A stretch of 64,000 bases of DNA. Source: Lama glama (Eukaryota). The stretch is taken from the NCBI GenBank assembly GCA_028534125.1, contig CM052818.1, positions 8,992,001 to 9,056,000 on the forward strand, read 5' to 3'. How positions within the stretch are numbered: position 1 is the stretch's first letter; every line of letters begins with the position of its first letter. The position numbers and the translations under genes are program-made. The notes below the pieces were generated by a model, which ran no database searches, was not told the origin of the DNA, and was given only the letters and a program-made list of their open reading frames with translations. This document shows positions 40,085 through 50,978 of the stretch, one piece after another.

Positions 40085-41560
40085 TACACAAATATTTACT
40101 GAACATTATTGTGCCAGGCAGCATCCTAGACATTGAGGATATAGCAGTGAACAAAACAGTAATAATCCTTGCCCCCCTTACATGCTAATGTGGAGCACAG
40201 ACAAGATTAATAAATAAAATAAAATATACAGCATGCTAGGTAGCAATAAATGACAAGAAGAAAATATAAAGCAGAAAAAACTACCTATGATGATAAAAGA
40301 TAGATTGGTGGTTGCCTCGAAATTGAGGTAGAGAGAGAGATGGATTGTACAGGGGCATGAGGAGACGTAAGGGATGATGAACACATTCTGCCTCTTAACT
40401 GCTGTGGTGGTTTCACAACTGTATACACCAGCCAAAATTAATCAAATTGGATACTTCAAATGAATAGTTTATTGGATGGAAATAATAGCTCAATAAAATT
40501 TTCAAAAAATAAAGCAGAAAGTGGAGGACTAAACCTTTAGAGAGGTGGTCAGTGAAAGTCTTACTGAGAAGGTAAATTTTTTAAAAAGACCTCAGGAAAA
40601 TGAAAAGACTAACTGCAGATTTCTGAGGGAAGACCAATCCAGAAAGAGGGAATAGCAAATGCACAGACCTTAAGGAAGGAGCATGCTCAGCATGTTCCAT
40701 GAATCAGCAAGGAGGCCACTGTGTCTAGCTAGATAGACTGAGTAAGGGAGAGAGCTATTAATCTGATTGTGAGAGGAAGCCCCTAGAGTGAGATAAGAAC
40801 CATGAATACATTAACTGACTTAACCTTTAACAGAATCACTCTGTTGACACACTGCTGTGAGTTGAGAATAGGCTAAAGAGGAGATGCAGAGAGGTCAGTT
40901 AGTAGGGTATTATTATAATCTTACACAGAAGAGACCGTGATCTGAACAGAGTAGAGGGGAGTAGTGAGAAGTAATCAAACTAAACTCAGCAAGATTTGAT
41001 GATGGACCAAATATGGACATGAGAAAAAGAGAGGATATGAACTGGAAGAATGTACCACTGACAGAGATGATAAAAAATGCAGGAGGAACAAATTTGGGAG
41101 GCATAGGAGGAAATTAGTTTGGGGCATACTCAATTTTTTGATTCACTTTTTCACATTTAAGTAGAGTTCTCAAGTATGTCATAAATAGACAATCAGGAAT
41201 TTAAGGAAGAAATCCAGTTTGGAGACATAAATTTGGGAGTTGTTAGGCTATAGATGGTATTTAAATCCATGAAATTAAACGAGTTCACCTAGGAAGTGCA
41301 TTGTAGATAAGGAAGAAAGAGGATCAAGAACTTAAGCCCAGGAACACTCCAACATTGGGAAGTTGGAGAAATGAGAAAGAACCAGCAAAAAAGATCTAAA
41401 AAGGAAAACAAAACCAACCAAACAAACAAACAAATTAAAAAACAGACTAGAAAGCTAGGAGGAAAATTAGGCAAATGTGATATCCTGGAAGACAAGTCTT
41501 CTAAAGAAAAGAGAATTCAAGTATGTCAATGTTGCTCATGGGTCAAGTCTCAAAAGGTTA
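40085..41560 (-). mobile_element. L2 (L2a-like), interrupted by an old plus-strand L1 3' fragment at ~40270-40510
   Basis: aaatatttactgaaca...tgtgccaggca...gcagtgaacaaaacag; cagaaagagggaatagcaaatgcacagacct; ggagacataaatttgggagt...tagatggtatttaaatccatg. Confidence 0.75.
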
Positions 41561-42237
41561 TCATTTAAGATCAAAATAAATGTAAAAACACTATATAAAA
41601 TTTTTTAACGAAGACTTGGCTAAAACAAACACAAGTACTAAAAATAAAAAACACAAGTACTATATTAATAGTAGAGGAGTAATCGTTAATACATCAAAAA
41701 TACTAAATTATTATTACACAATTCTCATATAAAACATATCTCAAAATGTCTACATTTTAACTGGTAAATTATCAAATACTGAAAAATTCTGATTTTAATT
41801 GTTTCAAAACAAGATGACCACTTAAAACTTACATTTTCTTCTAGTAGCTATTACCTATTCTGCTACATAATTATTCATTCTAATTAGTAATGTTACACAG
41901 AAGTTTTTTAGCTTTTTTTTTTGTAAAACATTTCCTTCTGTACAGGTATTTTTTTGTAAATAGCTAATTCAGAGTTATTCAGAATTTAAATATTAAAGTT
42001 TGGCTCTCTATGTTTGTTTCTTAGCAAAAATAAACACAATGAAAATCACAATGGGTTTCAAGGAGGACCAAATTTTTTATTCTTTTTCTTTTCTGTGCTG
42101 TCAAAGCCTTTTAGACACACCCTTCTATAAATTATATCTTGGAACTGTAAGTTTAGGACCACAACTGTAGAAAACAAACTATTATGAAATACATCTTAGT
42201 GCTACAAAAAAGGATTGATTCATTCAGAATTAAAGTT

Positions 42238-42440
42238 GTTTTTTTAAGTATTTTTATTTATTTTTTTTTAGAGGGAAGGCAATTAGGTTTATTTTCATTT
42301 CTTTTTCTTCTTTTTTTAACATTTTTTATTGACTTATAATCATTTTACAATGTTGTGTCAATTCATTTATTTATTAGAACGCAGGACCTCATGCATGCTA
42401 AGCATGCACTCTACCACTGAGCTATTCCCCACCCCACCCC
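42238..42440 (-). mobile_element. Vic-1-type SINE carrying a nested short L1 3' end (~42301-42361)
   Basis: SINE head at ~42375-42440, tail at 42238-42293; perfect 13-bp TSD cagaattaaagtt at 42225-42237 and 42441-42453. Confidence 0.85.
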
Positions 42441-43434
42441 CAGAATTAAAGTTTAAATAAACATAAACCCCATGTTCTAAACCTGATATAAAATATAAAA
42501 TGGAAAATTCCTTAATTAAAAAAATAGATATTCTAAACTGATTTAAGCATCCTCAATCTGTTAAATGTCATCAATTCCTACTGAAAAAGGGTGGTTTGTT
42601 TATTAGATTCATTTGAATAGTTTCTCTGGAGGCTTTCCTTTATCACATTGTTAAATGTGAAAATCAACCTTAAATACAAGAATTACCAGAAACAGGCCAA
42701 GCATTACAGACTGTATAACCAAGTAAGATTATCTAAGCTCCACTTCATAGCTATTTGGAGAAATGCAACATGATCTCAAAATAGTAACTAAGTGTTAATA
42801 AACTAAAATGTCATTTTATTTGCTCTCTATATCCTATCCTTACAAATTTCCTCATATATTAATACACATACTTACAAGGGTGTATATATATATGTAAGAG
42901 AGAAAGGGAAAGAGAGAGAGAGAAAATGTCTTTTTTTAAATTTGGCTTTTTCTCCTGACACAAAGCAGGAAGTTGTGACACTGCTCAGGCTTGTAGAACT
43001 ACACTAGTGCAAAACAGAGCTCAGCATAAATTGATTATTAATCATAGGTTTTTAGCAGGTTCTTACTCCATACCAGCCAGAATTATACAAGGAGATCAGT
43101 GTACTTCGTTTTAGAAGGAACTGTGGAAATTAAAAATAAGCAACTACTTTCCTTTGAGGTTAATTTACCTTTGTTTTAGACAAAATGTTGGCCTTTTAAT
43201 ACAGAGTCTAACCTACCTTGATCCTCTAAATTAGAGTAATTATATCATTGTATATACTCTCTTGATATGTAATATTCTCTTATCTAACTGCTTAAAAGTG
43301 ACAAGACTGAACATATGATGAGTTGGTCAGAAAAAAATTAGACCAGTAAAGACAGACTCTGTCTTCTTTCCTATGTCTGCTGATAACACAGCCCAAAACT
43401 AGGGTGGCACTTGGAATACTAAAGCTAGAAAAGA

Positions 43435-44176
43435 CAGTAACACCAGCCACTCTTCCCCCATATTCCTCTTCCCCCTGCCTCTGGCAACCACCATTCTACT
43501 TCCTGTTTCTATGAATTTGACTACTTCAGATACTACAGATTTGTGGAATCATACAGTATTTGTCTTTTTGTGACCGCCTTATTTCACTTACCATAATACC
43601 CTCAAGGCCCATCCATGTTGTAGCATGTGACAGGTGAGATATTCTTCCTTTTTTTAATTATTAAGACTTTATTCTTTTAGAGATGTTTCAGGTTCACAGC
43701 AGAATTGAGCAGAAAATTAGAGAGTTCGCACATAGCCCTCCCCACCCACATATATACATACTCCCCTATTCCTCAATATCCCTCATCAGTGTGGCATATT
43801 TGGTACAATTGATGAACCAACATGTACGTTATTATCAACCGAAGTCCATAGTTTACATTAGGGCTCACTCTTGACGTTGTACATCCCATGCGTTTTGACA
43901 AATGCATAATGACATGTAGCCACCACCATAGTATCATACAGAGTAATTTCATTGCCCTAAAAATCCCCTGTGCTCCATCTGTTCATTCCTCCCTCCCTCC
44001 CTCTCCCCAAACCCCTGAAAACAACGATCTTTTTATTGTTTCTGTAGCTGTGCCTTTTCCAGAATGTCATTTGGTTGGAATCATACAGTTTGTAGCCTTT
44101 TCAGACTGGCTTCTTTCATTTAGTAATATGTATTTTAAGTTTCTTCCATGTCTTTCATGGCTTGATAGCTCATTTC
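43435..44176 (-). mobile_element. Old L1 3' fragments (L1MB-like 43435-43650; L1MC-like 43650-44176)
   Basis: ctctggcaaccaccattctacttcctgtttctatgaatttgactac; gtttcaggttcacagcagaattgagcagaa; gtccatagtttacattagggctcactctt; ggcttgatagctcatttc. Confidence 0.85.
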
Positions 44177-46656
44177 TTTTTTTTTTTCTGCACATTTTTT
44201 TATACATATATGAACTATTTATTGTTTCTAATTATGTTTAGAGCTTTAGCTTTTTAAACTTACATAGTTATCAAAGGAATAAAGCCAGCCACAAAATAAG
44301 AATTAATTCAAAAAGATACATACACTCTATTAATAGCAACATTATTTATAATTGCCAAGATATGGAAGCAATCTAAGTGCACATTAACAGTTGAAGAGAT
44401 AATGAAGATGCAGCATATATACATATATGTAAGGGACTACAACTCACCCATAAGAAAGAAGGATATTTTGCCATTTGCAGCCCTTCATTCACTTTTTTAT
44501 TTCATTTCAAAAACCAGAATTTTATAACCAGCATAAACATTTCCATTACATCAAAAACATCAAAATACCTAGAAATAAACTTAACAAAGGAGGATACCTA
44601 CACTCCAAAAACCGAAATGACACAAAGAAATGGAAAATTTTCTTGTGCTCTTAGATTGGAAGAATCAACACCACCAAAATGGCCACACTACCCAAATCAA
44701 TCCAAAGATCCAATGGAACTCCCACCAAAATACTCACAACATTCCTCACAGAACTAGAACAAACAATTCCAAAGTTTATAAGGAGCCACAAAAGACCCCG
44801 AACAGCCAAAGCAATCTTCTGTAGGTCTTTTTTTTTTTCCTCTTCTTTTTGTTCTCTTTTCTTATGGTTTGATGACTAGAGAAGGTCTTTTAACATTTGT
44901 TGTAAAGCTGGTTTGGTGGTGCTGAAATCTTTTAGCTTTCGTTTATCTGTGAAGCTTTTGATTTCTCCATGAAGTCTAACTGAGAGCCTTGCTGGATAGA
45001 GTATTCTTGGTTGTAAGTTCTCCCCTTGCATCACTTTAAATATATTGTGCCACTCCCTTCTGGCCTGCAGAGTTTCTCCTGAAAAATCAGCTGATAACCT
45101 TATGGGAGTTCCCTTGTATGTTATTTGTTGCTTTTCTCTCGCTAATTTTAATATTTTCTCTTTATCCTTAATTTCTGTCAGTTTGATTACTATGTGCCTT
45201 GGTGTGTTCCTCTTTGGGTTGATCCTGTGTGGTACTCTCTGTGCTTCCTGGACTTGGGTGACTGTTTCCTTTCCCAAGTTGGGGGAATCAGTGATTATCT
45301 CTACAAAAATTTTCTCAGATCCTTTCTCTCTCTCTTCTCTTTCTGGGATCCCTATAATGGGAATATTAGTGCACTTCATGTTGTCCCAGAATTCTCTTAA
45401 ACTATCCATTTCTTTCCATTTTTTCTTTTTTCTGCTCTGCAGTAGTGATTTCCACTAATCTGTCTTCTAGCTCACTGATCCATTCTTCTACCTCATTTAG
45501 TCTATTCTTGGTTCTTTCTAGTGTGTTATTCATTTCAGTGATTTTATTCTTCAACTGTTTGGGTATTCTTTATATTTTCCAATTCTTTGCTAAAAACTTT
45601 GCTCTGTGATACTCCTCTTGAGTTCTCTGAATATCTTCACCATCATTACTTTAAACTCTTTCTCAGATAAATTGCCTATCTCCTCATCACTTATTTGTTC
45701 TTCTAGGATTTTATCTTGTGCCTTGGCCAAGGAGATATTCCTTTGCCGCCTCATATTGTCTATCATTCTCTGTTTGTGGATTCCTTCCACAGGCTTTGGG
45801 ATTGTTGCTTTCTTATTTCTAGTATCTGCCCCTGGTAGATGAGGCTGCACTAGAGGCTTATGAGGGTTTCCTGGCAGGAGGAGCTAGTGCCTGCACACTG
45901 CTGGGTGAAGCTTGGTCCTGGACCTCTGGTGGGTAGGGACTTTGTGGCTTAGGAAGTCTGCAGATGGGTGGGGCGGTGTTCCCACTCTGTATATTGTCTG
46001 GTCTGAGGCTTCCCTACAGGCTGCTGGGTGGGGTTAGGTCTTGATGCTAATGATCCAATCAAGATGTCAGCCTCCAGGAAAGCTCACGTAGATGACCACT
46101 TCCAGAATGTCCACCACCAGCTTTTATGTTCCTTAGTAAGCCACAGTCATCTCCCATATCCCCAGGAGACCCTCCAAATCCAACACGAAGGCCTGGCCCA
46201 GGTTCCTATGAAATCACTGCCTCTGCCCTTGGACCTGGTGCACGTGAGTCTCTGTGTACCCTTTCCAAGCTAATGGAGTCTCCATTTCCCCCAGTCCTGT
46301 GAAGCTCCCAGAGCAAAGCCCCACTGGCCTTCAAAACCAGATGTCCTGGGGTCTCCTTCTCTTCCCAATGCCAGGACCTGGGCTGGGGAGACTGACGTGG
46401 GGCTTAGAGCTCTCACTCCTGTGGGAGGGCCTCTGCAACTTAAGTATTCTTCAGCTTCTGGGGGGTATGGGGCCCAATTATATGGCAAGCACATCCATCC
46501 TGCCATCCTGCTGTGTTTATGCTTCCAGTTGCAGAAGATCTTTTTTGCTAGGTTCCAGTCTTTTTTTCGATGGTTGTTTAGCATTCAGTTGTGGTTTCAC
46601 TGTAGTCGCAAGGAAAGAGTTTGTGGTCCTACCACTCCACCATCTTGACATCCTCC
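44177..46656 (-). mobile_element. Full-length ORF1-only L1 derivative (HAL1-like)
   Basis: L1-type 5' start ggaggatgtcaagatggtggag at 46656, ~900-bp 5'UTR, ORF1, antisense ORF2 scraps, AATAAA (44223-44218) and polyA (44187-44177). Confidence 0.75.
44876..45754 (-). pseudogene. L1 ORF1p (coiled coil-RRM-CTD), frameshifted
   Basis: MRRQRNISLAK...LSEKEFKVMMVKIFREL and DSLREFWDNMKCTNIPIIGIPE...RNTPRHIVIKL...PIRLSADFSGETLQARREW...LQPRILYPARLS...TTKPALQQMLKDLL. Frameshifts lie in the coiled-coil segment at ~45410-45610. Confidence 0.93.
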
Positions 46657-47709
46657 ATTAGCCATTTTTTTAAAAGGGCAATAAAGAAATTGAATTTGAT
46701 ATTTCAGGATCTCTATAGGCAAGGCATTATCTCTAAATGCTTATAAAAGAACAATTCAGTAAAAGAAAGGAGAAATAATTTATTACTAAATGGTTCAGAA
46801 TGGAAGCTGTGGCTAAATGTTTCCTCTCAAAACGATTTACTGGTCTTGAAAACAAGAAGTCACAAAAGAAAACCCAACACATCTTTATAAAATGTCAAAA
46901 TTCAGTCTCAAAAAAAAAAAAAAAAGAACCACATTTGAGACTCCATGAAACATATAAATTATCTCCCCAAAAGTTACTGTTTTTAAAAAGGACACACTCC
47001 ATTACAATTTCTATTCAAGTTCCAAGAAGGGAAAACACAACAATGATGTTAATGAAGTAAGCAAAACAATAAAAACTTACCTAAAGATACATGCTAGATT
47101 TTAATAGTCCTCAAGGCTTGGGCCCCTCAGTGATTTAGGACCAAATATGAAAGGATCTCAACTATATAAGCAAAGCACTGACGTTCTTCTCTTTGGACAT
47201 GAAATGTTTGCCTCAAAGTTTTCTGTGTACTTTAACAACTGAACTCATGTTTTATTCTTGCAAATATTTTATTTCTGTTAAAAAGAACCATTCTACAAGA
47301 CAGGTAATTAGGTCACTAGTGCATAGTTATTTCCTCTAGCTCTGCATAGTTCCATAAATGTATCTGCCTTAGTTACTTCTCTATTACTTTGGCGTCATCA
47401 TATCCTAAAGGCATTATATATTGTGGTTAATAAAAAAAAAATTAATGTATGCACTTGGCTCCCAATTGTCAAATGCACTTTTTGCACCAAAGAAAGGACT
47501 AACGCAGACAAACTGAGCAATAGAGAGAAATTCAAAAAGGGAGGGGAAAACAAAAAAATAACCCCCCACCACATCCAGTCCTTGAATAAACAGTCCCCAA
47601 GCACTTAACAAATAATGGCAAGCAGAAGTAACGTGCCAACATATATTGAATTCTCACTGTAAAATTTTGATACTAAGCTCTATTAACATTTCAAATCAGA
47701 GTATTTATC

Positions 47710-47867
47710 ACAGTGGTTCTCAACCTTGGCTGAATATTGAAATCACCAGTTTTAAAGATTACTGATGCCCAGGTCCCATCCCCACAGGTCTGATGTATGC
47801 CTGAGTATGACAATTTTTAAAGCTCCAAAGGTGAGTTTTTATGTGCAGCCATGACTGAGAACCACTG
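47710..47867. mobile_element. MER5A-like hAT MITE
   Basis: Inverted termini cagtggttctcaacc ... tgagaaccactg. Confidence 0.8.
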
Positions 47868-47918
47868 ATTTAAAATGCATAATTTAAAGACAGTAATTTA
47901 GTTGCTTGGGGTACATGA

Positions 47919-47956
47919 ACACACACACACACACACACATACACACAAACACACAC
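47919..47956. repeat. Interrupted (CA)n microsatellite
   Basis: acacacacacacacacacacat acacacaaac acacac. Confidence 0.9.
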
Positions 47957-48334
47957 CAGAGTTCAAAAAAACTTGGTCATTCTTCTTGGAAGCAACCTCT
48001 TGATATCCTAGGATCATGAATTCTCTCACAAGCTCATCTAGGGTCAGCAGTGTGAAAACAACTTTGACTGAGTTGCCTACATGTGTTCTAAAAACTGGTT
48101 TGGTTTAGTGGACTATCTCATAAATAACATTCATCTAGAAACTGACAGAAGTACTAACCAAGGATCCAGGTCTCACAAAAGCATTTCCTGTAGGATTTGG
48201 GTTGTATATTTTACTGTCAGCCAGGTTCTACTATAGTTTACTTTTTTCTTTATAACTTTTATTGACTTAAGAATATATTTGCATTAAAAGGATTTTGCAG
48301 GTTAAACGATATTTTCAATCATTTTCATGTCAAC

Positions 48335-48710
48335 CATTTTCTTTACAACTTTGGAGTATAAACAATGCACAATAAACTGCATACCTAAAGTATACAATTT
48401 TATAAGTTTTGACATGTGTATACCATGAAACCATTGCTAAAATGAACATAACATTTTTATCACACTTAAAAATTTTCATGCATCCCTCTAATCTAATCTA
48501 ACCTCCCTCTACTCTTATCCCAAGGCATCTGCTTTTTGTCACTATAGATTATTTTGCATTTTGTAGGATTTTATATGAGTAGAATCATATATTACACTAA
48601 AAAAAAAAGTTTTTATCTGGCTTATTTCACTTAGGAAATGATTTTGAGATTCAACTATCTTGTGTGTATCACAAATTTTTTCCTTCCAATTGCTGACTGA
48701 TATTCCTACC
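48335..48710 (-). mobile_element. Old L1 3' end (L1MD/L1ME-like)
   Basis: aataaactgcatacctaaagtatacaatt...tttgacatgtgtatacc...tttttgtcactatagatt...agaatcatat. Confidence 0.7.
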
Positions 48711-49535
48711 AATGCTCTCAATTACCGCATTGTATAACAGACATGCTTTCTTGGCACAGACTATTGTGAAAAGCTAATAAAAGTTCTTAATTGTTGGTAT
48801 CAATGGTTTTTGGAAAAAATCAGTTTGGTGATCCCCATTTTAGTTTTCACTTTACCACTTAACAGCTACGTCTGAAGCAAGTCACTAATCTGTCTCATAT
48901 ACCTTCTTTAGAAATTGGGGATATCCCACCTCATCTATGTAATTCACCTTAGATGAGTGCTTAAGGACTCTCTGACTTCTAAGACCTACTGATTCTATTG
49001 AGATAGGTAAACCTTCAAGAAAGACAGCAATGTCCATTTGTTTCATATTATCTCTGATCATTTGTAGAGTGTTTAGATTTACTGATTGGCAAAAATCATT
49101 CGGTTTAAAAAAATATTTTTGTCACTGTAGCTAACAAAATGGAAGAAAAACCATAGGAACTTAAAAATAGATTTAAAAACTGCTGTAGCAATACCCAATA
49201 GATTCAGATGGTATATAGGTTGCTGAAATCAAAAGGCACATTATAAACCCCAGTTTAAGAAATATTAGGAAAACATCAAGTTAAAGAAATATTATGATTG
49301 CTTTCTAGGAAAGTCAAAGTAGACATGCACGTATTCATATTCCTGCCGAAATGATAAATACTTCAAGACAAAATGAAATAATCACTACTGACAGCATAAA
49401 AAATAAAAAGCCTATACAAATGGCTGGTGAAACTTAGATAACCAGTTACACTTTCTGCACCTTTCTAACCTGTCAGATGTTTGGACTAGGAACAACAGGA
49501 GGAAAGTCGTTATAACACAATGGTTAAAAAAATAA

Positions 49536-49669
49536 GGGAGAGGGTATAGCTCAAGTGGTAGAGTGCATGCTTAGCATGCATGAGGTCCTGGGTTCAATCC
49601 CAAGTAGCTTCTCCAAAAATAAATAAATAAATAAACCTAATTTACTCCCCACCCTGAAAAAAAAGAAAA
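49536..49669 (+). mobile_element. Vic-1-type SINE, well preserved
   Basis: gggagagggtatagctcaagtggtagagtgcatgcttagcatgcatgaggtcctgggttcaatccc, (aaat)n, cctaatttactcccc and A-tail; A box and B box recognisable. Confidence 0.92.
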
Positions 49670-50696
49670 CATTCAGAAAATGGACTTTAGGATCAGACAA
49701 ACCAACGCCAATAAAGGCAATTAGCACTACTGCAAAATAACTGAATAAAAGGTCCCCAAAATACATTTTGAAAAACAATTTTTTTAAAAGAATTATCTTT
49801 TAAATTAAAATTAAAGGCATTACAGAACCACAAATACTGAAAATACCTAAGAAATTCCAAAAGGGAATATGTGAGGGAACTTGTCAGCTAAACAAATGTT
49901 CTCATCATTAGAAGAAAAGATATAAATTTCCATTATAGGATGTAATAGAAGCCCTTATTTGATTATTTATCTAAAAATAAATCTGGTTAACTAAGTCAGT
50001 GATCTGGGTTTTCTCTTCCTAAATACAAGTTGCTGCTTTTTTTCCCCAAAAGACATACACTTGGTCATTAAAAGCCTGATCTGGCAGTCATCTTGAGTAC
50101 AAACTGAATGACTTAAAAAAAAAAACATGTAGATGTCTGCTATAGTGACACTGGAAACTGCAAGAAAAGCAATACTGTTTTGTAAACAATCAAGATCAAT
50201 TAAAAATTATCTGGAGGCTCAAGGACAGAAGTAGTATACTTAGGGTATTTAGGAACAATACTATAATTAAAATACACTGCTTCCTATGCCTGCCTATAAA
50301 GATGAGTTTTGTGAGATAGTTTTGTTCTGTTTTGTTTAATCTCAATTCCTGGTCTTTACTTAGCATCCTTATCATTGCATTGGAGATTCTGGCCAAACGC
50401 CAAGAACTCTGAGCTCTAACCTAAGTGGAACAGTGGCCAACTTCTGTGCAGTCAACAATTACTGACCCATTTTGTTCTTCTGAGATAGCTGCCAAAGGCT
50501 AGTTTTCAGACTATCCACAATTGGGAATATCCAAAATTTCAGATGATTCTATCTTGGAAAAGGGATTCTAAGAAACAGAGTCTACTGCTATTATCTCCAC
50601 AAACAAAGACTGTTACACAAACTCAATCTGAATACATGACTAATATGCAATGGAAAATATAGTTGACAAAGGGAAATTGACTGAAGTTGAACTCAC

Positions 50697-50978
50697 CTGT
50701 CCACTTTTCCCTATTTCCAGCTCCACTATGGCAACAGGAGTGTGTATCTGAGCTGAGTGCCTTGACTGTGATTTGCCATCAACTCTCCAGCTCAAGCCCC
50801 GAAGCCCACTGTCCCAGCGACTCTGGTTCATGAGGCTCTCTCGGATTTTTGTCTTGTGGCTCTTCCAGAATTTGGAAATGACAGCAGCTTGGTCAGATGT
50901 GATCCCACCTTGCTTTTTGGTTTGAGCAGTCAGGAATGCCTCCAGCTGGTTGAAATCCATGTCTGCAGATGCAATAGA
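50697..50978 (-). CDS. COMMD1: COMMD1 (MURR1) coding exon 2, 94 aa: SIASADMDFNQLEAFLTAQTKKQGGITSDQAAVISKFWKSHKTKIRESLMNQSRWDSGLRGLSWRVDGKSQSRHSAQIHTPVAIVELEIGKSGQ
   Basis: The ORF-track peptide 50640..50960 is recognisable COMMD1, including the COMM-domain start LSWRVD. The acceptor (ttactttttctgtcattatAG, AG at 50980-50979) and donor (CAG|GTGAGT, 50696-50691) are canonical. The exon length of 282 nt equals the known mammalian exon 2. Confidence 0.97.

Noticed and set aside
44876..45409. 177-aa host protein gene
   Set aside because: It is the C-terminal part of L1 ORF1p, with frameshifts upstream.
44300..46656. Ordinary twin-priming 5'-inverted L1
   Set aside because: The 5'UTR/ORF1 and the polyA tail are on the same strand, the inverted parts are internal and discontinuous, and the native L1 3'UTR is absent.
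49536..49615. tRNA-Ala(AGC) gene
   Set aside because: It has A/B boxes and an anticodon-arm palindrome, but continues into the SINE linker and tail, and diverged siblings with TSDs occur throughout the window. It is a SINE.
50640..50960. Stand-alone 106-aa ORF or COMMD1 processed pseudogene
   Set aside because: Similarity to COMMD1 starts and stops exactly at canonical splice sites; the ATG is internal and the last 18 residues are intron read-through.
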